A stretch of 60,785 nt of DNA, counting the filler, from Sphacelaria rigidula (taxonomy: Eukaryota): the NCBI GenBank assembly GCA_964200075.2. It is 5 parts of 5 records of this genome, joined end to end, with 100 filler letters (N's around TTAATTAATTAA, not from the genome) between each part and the next. Parts side by side here need not be neighbours in the genome. Positions count along the whole stretch, not along the records: positions 48,709 to 60,785 come from CAXNAA020004154.1; 4 more parts are not named here. One strand, written 5' to 3'. Shown one piece after another: positions 51,332-60,785 of the stretch. A program made the position numbers and the translations under genes. Under the pieces are notes generated by a model, which ran no database searches, was not told where the DNA came from, and was given only the letters and a program-made list of their open reading frames with translations. Each line of letters begins with the position of its first letter. The first letter of the stretch is position 1.

Positions 51332-54012
51332 ATTATCGCCATCGCGTGTTGGTCCCTCCTTCACCTGCGGGGAGGACGGCCGCCCTCCGGCTTCATCTTC
51401 TTCCGAAACATGTACACATTTTGGTCCTTCGTGTCCATCGTCCGACAGCGCGTCGTCAGTGGCAGCCGCGGTGGATTCGGCCGCGCCCGAATCCGGCCCC
51501 TCCTCCAATACATCAACTCCGTTGGAGGATACAGCATTACCGCCATCGTCTTCGTTCGCATCTGCCTCGACGGGGAACGCTTCATCATCCGCAACCTCGC
51601 TGTCCATCTCCTCATCACTCCCCAGCTCGCTCACATCTTCGGGCGCTTCTTCGGTCCCGAGCTCGGACATGAACTCCTCGGGGTCCTCGTTGTCAACAAT
51701 ACCACCTTCGCCCTCATCTTCGGCCCCGCTCAACACCGCCCTTTCATCCCGCTGCTGTTCCTGCTCCTTCTCCCCCTCAAGCTTATCGCTCTCCCCAAAT
51801 CCTTCCACATCTCCCTCCTCGGCCATCTCTGAAACCCCTGATTCTACCTCCTTACCAGCCTTCTCCGCGCCCTCTTCGTCTCCTTCCTCGGCGATCGCAC
51901 GGAGAGAACCAACAGAGGACGTCGATTTGGTCCGCATCATGTCCTCCGTCAAACCGCGGGCAGTATCCGCGACGGTTACCGCGGCAGTCCTAGAATCTCC
52001 GGTATCGCTGCCGGGTACACCCCATTGCCGAGACGGCGAAGCGGTAGCAGCAGCAGCGACTAGACCAGTAGAGGCGTTTGGTGTGGTTGGTGCTGGGGCT
52101 TTGTGCGGTGTAACGGGGGCCGGGGAGGCAGGGACGGCATCGGCGGTGACCTCGCATTGCTGCTGAAGCTGTTCGGCTACCTGCTCGGCGAGCCTCGCTT
52201 CCTTTTCCGCGGCTGCGGTAGTGACCCGCAAGGTCGCCATTTCTGAGAGGAGGGTCTTGAGACTGTCGTCCTGGGTGTAGTTGTTGGTGTTGTTGAATGT
52301 TGAGGATAGTGATGGTCGTTGTGAAACAACCCACAAACGACGGCATTTTGTTGTTAGCACGTTGACACGGCAAGCCAGAGAGCAATACGAACCATGTCCA
52401 TCATATTCCAGGGAGGAACTCGATTCCCTTCTTCAAGTACGCAACTGGCAAATAGTGGACGGAATGACAGAATATCTGCTTTCATGCACGCATGATAAAA
52501 CCCGTGCTTTGGGGGGGGGGGGGTTCTCATCTGTTGCATGTCCTAGTCGTTTGACGATCGACCATGCGTTCCATTCCGGACGGAGCACCGAATTTGGGAG
52601 GGGAGGGGCGTACTGATTTGTTGCTCGCCATAGTCGTTTGACCATTGACCAGGACGGAGGGGGGGGAGATCCTTCGCAATTTCAGTCTTCAGGTGACGAT
52701 ATCACGGGTTCCCCCGGCGACAACGTCCATCTGCACAACGCGATGTACCCTAGTCTGCTCTGCTCTTCAGCTGACAGTAGCTGGTCCCGCACGCATATAC
52801 ACACTTAAAACGTAATATACACGCTGGGATACACAACACACTTGATAACACAACACATTTTCTCTGCAGTACCGATTGCCCAAGTGCTGTTCCGTACAGC
52901 ATGCGTGGCACAGCACTAACCGCGCGATGAATACCACTCCCCCGCAAAGGAACACCTCGGGGTTATAAATTGGACGGCCAAAGAAAAATGCATCATCCGC
53001 CGGGTGTACGACATACTGTATCACGTCCGGTACAACTGGAGGCAACTCTTAGTCTATCCTCCTTGTATGTTCTACCCTTTTCTGCTTTCCTTCATTTTTC
53101 TTCAGCACGTGTTTTAGTTTTGTTTCGTCTCGGGTACATCCACCTTATGGACAATGACCACGGCCGTATCATGACTCCTGGGGGGTCAGTTAGAGGGCGA
53201 CAATCGATCAATCAATCAATCAATCAAGGGCAGCTCGAGTACAGTATACTCAATTGCGGGGTATTCTGAAAGTCGTACTTGAAGTACACAAGTTGGTGTA
53301 GGGTTTTAGGGGTCGCTTTCCAGTTATTTTTTGGGTACGACTCCCGACACTCTACCCCAATTTGGGTACTTAGAGTGCGACTTTCAAAATACCCCGCATT
53401 TGAGTATATCCTACTCGACCTGCCCTTGCAATCAATCAACAAACCAATCAATCAATCGAACTGAGATCCCTCACCTTCTCGCAAACGCTCTGGCGCAAAT
53501 TCCGTATCTCCTTCCCATCCACGGCTAGCGCGCGTACCTCGGCCTCCTTTTGCTTGATTTTCAGGGTCGTCTTATCCAGCTGGTCGGAAAGTTCTTCCGC
53601 CCTCTCTGCCTCTTTTCTCAAGCGCCTGTTCTGAGCCTCGAGCTTCTCCTTTTCCCTGAACAATGATTTCGACAAGGGGGGGGGGGGAGGCATCGTGTGC
53701 TGTTCTATTCTTGCGTGGTGTCGGACTTTGGCCTGCCTCCGTGGATCCGCAAACAAACCCATGTAGACTCCATCTCGTCAGGAGAGGCGCCTGAAATCCG
53801 ACAATGTCAAGTATGCGTGCAGATAAAAATAATCGGCATAAAGCATGGAGAACATGCATCCGTGCAAGCCAAAGAAAAAACAGGATATGCGGCTACTACT
53901 ATCTTTTTCGTTTTTTTCTTCTCTTTGAAATGTTCAAGCGGGCCTACGTAGTACAGCCCTGGCCTGACGGCTGCTAGAGACGGGCTGGCGGGCTGGCGGG
54001 CGGGCGGGCAAC

Positions 54013-54044
<32 letters not shown>

Positions 54045-57000
54045 GAAGAAACACACCAACAGAAGGGAACAACAAGACACAACGATAGAAAAAATCGCAG
54101 CGGTTGCGCACTATACCTGCGGTGTTCCGCTCTCTCGAACGCCAGCTTCTCCTTGATCCGCAAAAGCTCCTCACGTTCCCGCTTCACCGCGACTGCCGCC
54201 TGCTTCTTGGCATCCTCTATGTCGGCCGCTTCCTGGACAAACAAAACAGCACACCAGTCCGCGCCAAAGCGGCACGTGGAGCACATCGAGAACACATGCA
54301 AGTTTCGCTACCGCCCGTAAGCCTCACGACATAACGGCTACGCTCTTCCCTTGGCTCCACAAAAGGAAAAAAAAAAAAGGACCTTTGCGACCGTTACCCC
54401 TACAAAACACAAAGGTCCCTGTTGCAGTTATGCCGCAAGAAAAAGCAAAAACAGAAACAAACCGATTAAGTATATGGACCGTCGGCTCTTTGCCACTCCG
54501 GAATCAAGCGAGAGCATGTGCCCCTTCTTCTCAACGAACACACACATCGCATGAACCACAGCATAATACCCGCGGGTGCTATACACTTTTGAGGGGGTGG
54601 TATACAAGGTGAAGTGGAATTTCCACCACGGTGTTGCCGTCAAAAATGCGGGCTCCCGCTACAGTGCAGTCAAACTCACACGACACAAGGTCCAGCCTGC
54701 TACACAAAAATATCAAGTAATTGCTCTACACCAGTAAAATGCGAGGTCCGAGCATATACTGCGGTCATGCTGGGCTGAAACCCCATCGCACTACGCTGGA
54801 ATTCCCACTTTACAGTTCTGCAGATGTGGTGCTAAAACTGGTCGAAAATCCATCACTCGGGAGGCGAAGCTCAGAGGAACGGCGATATTTAGCGTACGGG
54901 CAATCTAATATGTCACACACGGTATACAAACATTTTCGAATGCACGATGTGCACCAATGTCAGCGTTCGTGGCTCGATTTGAATGTACGAGGTACAACAT
55001 GATTTACTTGTGCAAGACCGAAAGGTTGGCATGCAAAGGGTGAGACAGTTCGATAATCTTCCCTCCACGAACCAAAGGGATTCAATGTACTCGGCAGTAA
55101 AGAACGTAGACGGGCCATCACGTAGTCCACACGGACGCACCTCTGTCTTTTGCTCTGCCAGCTTTTCGATGAGCCCCTTCAGCCTGTCGCGCTCCATCCT
55201 GGCCCGATCGCGCTCTTGGTGCAGCTTACCGTTGGCCTCCTTCAGCATCTCCACCTTTTGCTTGTACTGAACCTACACGCGATGGGGTGCAACACAGAGA
55301 GCAGGCACATCGACAACAGCAACATCAACCAGCGGGGGCGGTCCATACTAGTCGTGAGGTTCAAGCATGGCGCTACACGGAAGACCATCAGTTTCACATC
55401 TTGATGCAAAATGCATCTCCCTCTTTGCTTTGCTACCAACAAAAGTCGTAGCTTCAGACCATGAACCACAGAAAACCATGGAGGAACGCTGTGCATCCCC
55501 CGTACGCTGAATATTACCCTTGAACAATGCGTCCGGGAGGTGACCTATTGGTTTTTTTTGGCACTTTCCCAGTGCTACACACAAAGGTAGTTGAGAGCCG
55601 AAACGTCATCACCCGGTATATATGTGTGTTCGTTATCCTTTTTTTTAGGGGGGGGGGGGGTGATGATACGACGCCCTCCTGTTCAGTACCGTAGAAAAGT
55701 GATTGGTAAAGGCATCGAGGACAGCGTAGGGTTCCATCCTTGGACAAAATGTAGCAGCAGAGACTAACAACGTAACGAAGAGGGGGAAATGGAACATGAC
55801 ACAAATATTAGTAACAGACGGAACAAATTGTCACCGCCGCAGATGTCTTTTCTCTCCGTCACCTCGAGCAGGAGCTCACCATAGCTGAGTATCACGACAG
55901 TACAAAAAGTGGACGATTTTTCACTAGAAGTCGTACGAGCGGCTTCAACGGCATTCACGTTGACAAGGTTCCATACCCCGCGTCCGACAGAGGGTGCCGT
56001 CAGCCTCGCCGTGTTGCCCGCATTTCAGTAAAACACCGCGTGAAGTTTTCACCTCTCGACTACATTGTACTTCACCTCATGTCTGTGGATGGCAACAGCT
56101 GATAGTTGCTTCGAATTGCAACTCTGGACATTCCAAACCACAAGTGTACGTGGTAGGGCAAGGAGCCCTGTAGCAACTTGCGCGGAGACAGGGACGGGGT
56201 CGAATGCAAGACTCAAACATAGTTGAGAGTGGCGTGAAATGAGGTGTTGGTGTACTCTCTGAGTGGTACCCGCGCACATGCACAACATCCATCATTGCAC
56301 CGCACTGCGGTACGAAAGCCCAGAACGGTATCTCCCATTTCCCATGAAAAACCGTACAGTTAAATCTTTGTACCGGGCCGCAACGAGATCCACCGTGCTG
56401 TACCGTGCAAATACCGACGAGGATCAGCCTAACCAGTATTTCTTTTCACCACGGAACCGGCTGTTACGGTACGTACGCACCAGCTTGTTGACGGAGAACT
56501 CGAGATCTTTCTTGTAGCTTGCCGTGGTCATGAGCTTGGCCGCTAGGTCCACCTTGGTACCACCGTCGAAAATGGCGGTGAATTGTGGATTCTCCAGTTG
56601 AGTGGCCGTTGGGGTGCCTGGCCCCCATCCAAAACAGAATAATGATTTCAAAACAGAAGTCAAAACAAATAGTCAAGAAAAAAAAAGCGCTCGTGCAAAA
56701 AAAAAGGCAGGCAGCGAGCAAGCACCGCCGGCGCGGCAAGCAGCCTCACTACCTCGTAGCTCGGAAGTGCGCACAGCAATCTACACTCGTAAACATTCAC
56801 GAGAGTAACACCCGTTGTCCAAAACCCCACCGGACAAAATGAAATGCGACGGCTGCTACTCCCGTGCATGGCGGGAGAGGTTTGCCAGCAAGACGGGTTG
56901 ACAGTGAAATATGTCTTCAATCCTTGAGTATTTCTCGACGGAAGTATATTAATCCCTCTCGAGCGTCGACCCATTATCGCCTATGCCATGCCTGGTGTTG

Positions 57001-57602
57001 ATTCAAATTGATATATCATGTCGATTCAGTAGTATTCAGCACGATCTGCGTACCTGAAGCCGTGCGCCTGAGGTCTACCGTGACCCCTTTAGTGTGTTGG
57101 GACTGGGACTATCAATAGACATTCACATGATCTTCCCTCGCCCCCCCCGTTTGCTCCGTCTCGAAAGGGATACGTCGTCAATGGTCAAACGACTTAGGCA
57201 CGCGACAAATGAGTACCCCCTCTTTCCCCCCTTCGTTTGTCATCGATTATATTTTCCATTTCTTCCGTCTCCACATTTCCCCTTATTCGATTTCCTTGCG
57301 CGAGTGTTTTCCGTGTATTTACCTCGGGTATAAATATCTAGTGACCACGACTAGCATCGTGACGAAATATGTTGTGTACAAAGATGAATCAATCAATGAA
57401 TTAGTGAATCAATGAATCAATGAATCAACCAGTCAATCCATCAGTAGATCAACACCCTCGGCACTTCAGGGGTTAACTCACCTATCTGACTGCGCAATAA
57501 CCCCGCCTCCGCCTTGCTCGCTTCCGAAGTGGCGCGCGCGTTTGCAGCCTCCCGCTCCCCGTCGCGTTTAGCCTCGGCCAGAGCATCCTGAAGCCGTTTG
57601 AC
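50532..57602 (-). CDS. Coiled-coil and acidic low-complexity protein with the beginning of a C-terminal actin-like domain; partial at both ends
   Basis: Phase-consistent exons 57602-57482, 56617-56481, 55272-55141, 54232-54117, 53655-53538, 52270-50532 (about 787 codons). Heptad E/K/R-rich exons are followed by a D/E-rich tract with poly-D, then TVVIELGEWKVRAG...FPCSVARP, resembling actin ALVVDNGSGMCKAG...FPSIVGRP. Ends at a GA|GTGAGT donor. Confidence 0.75.
52511..52659 (-). mobile_element. Two tandem poly(C)-tailed LINE 3'-end copies
   Basis: Copies at 52511-52590 (flanked by TTTGGG on both sides) and 52596-52659 (with an internal deletion). Each begins at a G-run on the + strand. Confidence 0.75.
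53225..53428. mobile_element. hAT-like MITE (204 bp, long TIRs, CAAGGG...CCCTTG) inserted in an (AATC)n tract
   Basis: Imperfect TIRs of about 70 bp (CAAGGGCAGCTCGAGTA..GCGGGGTATTCTGAAAGTCG vs its reverse complement at the right end). CAATCAAT flanks both ends, compatible with an 8-bp TSD, although the microsatellite context makes the TSD length ambiguous. Confidence 0.8.
54014..54043. repeat. (CAG)n microsatellite, intronic
   Basis: About 9-10 GCA/CAG units. Confidence 0.85.
57152..57220 (+). mobile_element. Poly(C)-tailed LINE 3'-end copy
   Basis: TGCTCCGTCTCGAAAGGGATACGTCGTCAATGGTCAAACGACTTAGGCACGCGACAAATGAGTACCCCC, with an imperfect flanking duplication CCCCCCCCGTTTG / CCCCCTTCGTTTG. 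Confidence 0.75.
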
Positions 57603-58514
57603 CTGATGATGAAAGATTATAATATTACACTTAATGAGTGAAAGAAAGTATTGATCAAAACAGTGACGCCTGGCTGGTGAAATACAGTACGACAACGTTC
57701 GAGTATCGTCATCATCCTATCGCGAACACGAATGTTTACTTCTGCAGTCCTGTTCTGCCGGTAGCTTGTGAGGATATTAAGGTCTTCAATGGTAGACATG
57801 GAGAGATTTCTGTCGTCTCAGTGTTAATTAATGTTTGCATTGGGTGATGAGCTAACAGCGTGCAGCGAATGTTGGCGCCCATCCTTCAGGTAGTCAACCA
57901 CCGACACTTTGTGGGGATGATGGCCTCCTCTCTCACAAAAATACACTGCTTTCCGGAGAATTGAACTTAGGTCAATTTTCTTCATGCCCATGCCTAGTCG
58001 ATAGGGTATTACACATCGAATTCGGGACGGCTAATTCGTCGGATGTGCTCTGGCAGCATGCTATTCGCCTTGCTTGAGCAGTCTTGGGACTTCCAAGGCG
58101 TTACTGGCAGCACCATCTCCTGCATGTTTGGCGTTACGCTGCATGTCATATCACCTCAACCGTATTCGACGATCCTGAGCTGCTGCTGTACCGTACGAGT
58201 ACACATGGATTTTTTTTCCATCAGCGGCTGGAAATATATGTAAATATATACACAAGCAGTACACTGCAATATAATACAGTGCAGTGCACTTGTTTTCCAC
58301 TTGCACAGGTAAACAGTAAAGTAAATGCTAGTCATGTCTGCTCTGTTATGCAAAAAGGTGGCGCAACACTTTAAACTACAGGGGGGAATGGGTAGGTGGA
58401 GAGGACCGTAGAAGCAGAAGCGCTCCCTCTTGTGCGCGTGTCTACGGTTAATAGTCAAATGGAGAGATGCAGCTTCACGTCCAGGTGAGCAATACTGGGC
58501 GATTGGTATGGGGA

Positions 58515-58675
58515 TTGAGTTAAGCATTGCAGAAGGAAGGGGGGTTACTAAAAACAAATAAAAAGGAAAAAAATCCTGTGTTGGCCTTCCTCCGGTGTGA
58601 CCCCGGCAGATGCGCCCACATATACCGACAGGTGTAGACCGGCGTCCAGAATAGATGGGACGACAACACACGCAC
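58515..58675 (+). repeat. Dispersed repeat ending in (CA)n, homologous to 1160-1212
   Basis: GGTGTAGACCGGCGTCCAGAATAGATGGGACGACAA-CACAC is the reverse complement of the sequence directly following the (GT)n tract at 1136-1165. Confidence 0.7.
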
Positions 58676-59935
58676 ATTGCACCGATTAGATCTGTCAAAA
58701 TGGTTGCCCTACCCCTCTTCACGCCTGTTGTTCGGCCTGTATATATCCTTGAAAACAGCATAATTTGATCTGAAAAGCATTCGCTGATGATCGGGGAGCC
58801 TGCACGCCTCCTCGAAAAAAAATTGAAACCCCTGGACTGTTGACCGGCGCAACTGTTCCGAAACGATGCTGGAGGTCAAAGGGTTAAAACGAAAAAAAAC
58901 CGAAGCATGGAGAATGGCTGTATACCGTAGCCGCGTAGGTTTTACTCAGATAAGTGGCAATCACCACTCTTGAAATGTGTCTAGAAGGGCTGTACGCGGC
59001 GGCTGCGTATGCTGCCGGAAAAGTTGGGTCTCCGGTTCCTCCAGCTAAAGATTGAAGATTGCTGTGGTACTTTTGTTGCCGAAGGCACACTCGAATCAGA
59101 AGTGGCGGCGCATTTTCTCCCTTGCTCTATAGAGCAAATATTGGTTATGAATCGGTGGTGAACAGAGGCACAGGACGCCTCCCGGGATGCGCGGGTACGT
59201 CCGAAAATGCTGTGCCGGCCATATTGTGCACGGGTGGATTCGGGATTATGGGTTCAAAAATGGTGGTGGTCAGACCGGCAGGTCTGCACAAAAGCAATGT
59301 GGGACTGGTTCTAGTGTGCTGGCAGGCTCTGTTATTTGGCCTACGCTGGCGTATATACGCCGGCTGCCCGGGATATGGTGCCTCTGTAATCTCGGAACTC
59401 TCCATCCGCAGTTCCTGACAGTTACCCGGAGAACCGAAGGCCTGTCTGTCACAGGTGGGAGTACCACGGAACCGCTCGCTTGTATAACTGGTTGAGTAAT
59501 TTTCCCGTGATACATTTGCCTCGTCTTGGAAATACAGGTGTTCATTATGCGCATACACGAGGTGCGCTCTACGTCACCCCTCTCTTTCTACGCACATCAA
59601 GTCTCTCTACTCGGGGGACTGAGGCAATCATTCGGTTTGTACTCCACGTTGCGTTCGGAGTTGCTTCACCTGTAGCTTCGATTCCGTACGTCTGCGCGCG
59701 CGTGTGTGTGAAGATCTGTTGTTTCTCGTAGGAGGAATTCATGTTTGATCTTTTTTACACCGATGGTCGATCTACGCCATTTCATTACCACACTACTTCT
59801 ACAAGCCGAATTATCAGGGGAAAGTATTCACTCATGACATCCAACCCGGCAAAAACGGCGGAATCTGGTGTGACGAAACTGCGCCAACATTGACAAGGTC
59901 ATCTGTTGAATTGGCATCAGATTCACCTCAAAAAG

Positions 59936-60192
59936 GAGCAATGCTATGGTAGGGGTGCACTTTTTTCGCAAAATTATGTCTAGTTCAGGGGCTCCTAATG
60001 ATTCTAGATGCACAAAAATATGGGTCAGGGCATCCCCGTTTGCAAATTTATTCGGGATATCCCCAGCACATTGGAGAAGTAATCCTGGCGTACTGTCACA
60101 TATTTTCATAGCCCGTGTTTTGCATGAGGTAAAGGGCTCCTAATAATTCCAACCTCAGAAAATATTTGTGCGCTCCTACCGTAGCATCACTC
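59936..60192 (+). mobile_element. MITE, GAG...CTC termini, 4-bp TSD (copy 3)
   Basis: Same TIRs and internal sequence; TSD AAAG/AAAG. Confidence 0.85.
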
Positions 60193-60531
60193 AAAGGTAT
60201 GTATGGTGTAGCCTCAATGGTCGCATACGGCGTCTGAACTGAGGAGGTGAGCAGTATTTTTCCCCTTCTTTTTCCTCTCCTTTTCTACTTCATTCTTTAT
60301 TTTTTTTTCTTTTTTCGTTTGTATCACGTCTGTGTGAATTTTTCTGGGTTCGCATATTTTTTATTTCTATTTTCCCCCATATTTTGGGATAGGTCGCCTG
60401 TGAATACGGAAGGCCCCCGCATCGGATATTCAGTACAGAGTACTGCGCAGATACCGGAACGATTTTTAACGTGGAGACAACAAGAACAACAATATGATCC
60501 AGATGGGCTGCCTTAGCGGTGTAGGGGTTAA

Positions 60532-60640
60532 CTCTTGGACCGCATGACCGCGATGCGGGTAGTTCATCTGGATCGCGGATAATTTTTTCGAGTGAAATTG
60601 ATGCCGATTCAGTAGGTGACCTACCCTCCCTGTCAACGAG
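60532..60640. mobile_element. TTAA-type MITE
   Basis: Flanked by TTAA and TTGA; homologous to 34205-34311. Confidence 0.65.
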
Positions 60641-60785
60641 TTGACCCTTTCGAGACCGAAGCGGACAAACCGGGGACGAGGGCCCCTTGTGACTCGGCAA
60701 TTTTTTCACCTGAAAACTTCCACGGTTAGGACAAATAATGATTCGTCAGGAAATTACTTGGTTTTAGTATAATAAGTTGACTCGT

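Noticed and set aside
11974-57220. CRISPR-like recurrence of a short conserved repeat
   Set aside because: Copies are dispersed, on both strands, with no regular spacers and no cas genes; the context is eukaryotic.
1956-57602. Functional cluster linking SMP, SMG7-like, ABCG, NAR1 and actin-like genes
   Set aside because: Each gene is on a separate contig joined artificially.

Overview
Eukaryotic, intron-rich genomic DNA, most consistent with a brown alga (Phaeophyceae, stramenopile). This is inferred from GC-rich exons, long introns with poly-G/poly-C tracts, and a stramenopile-style NAR1 N-terminus. The window is not one locus. It is five contigs of exactly 12,077 bp (1-12077, 12178-24254, 24355-36431, 36532-48608, 48709-60785) joined by artificial 100-bp linkers (44N-TTAATTAATTAA-44N), so no synteny should be read across them. 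I assembled spliced gene models by hand, with GT-AG introns and consistent phases: (1) a membrane-anchored SMP/TULIP lipid-transfer protein (+); (2) an EST1/SMG7-like NMD factor with a C-terminal zinc ribbon (-); (3) the NBD half of an ABCG/White-family transporter with a roughly 400-aa low-complexity insertion (+); (4) exon 1 of NAR1/CIAO3 (-); (5) a coiled-coil/acidic protein running into the start of a divergent actin-fold domain (-). Non-coding DNA is dominated by mobile elements. The most striking is a family of 11 copies of the 3' end of a non-LTR retrotransposon that ends in poly(C) five nt after its stop codon, with target-site duplications anchored in G/C runs. Several MITE families are also present (GAG...CTC with 4-bp TSD, CAAGG...CCTTG with 8-bp TSD, and TTAA-type). 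No rRNA, tRNA or CRISPR array was found.
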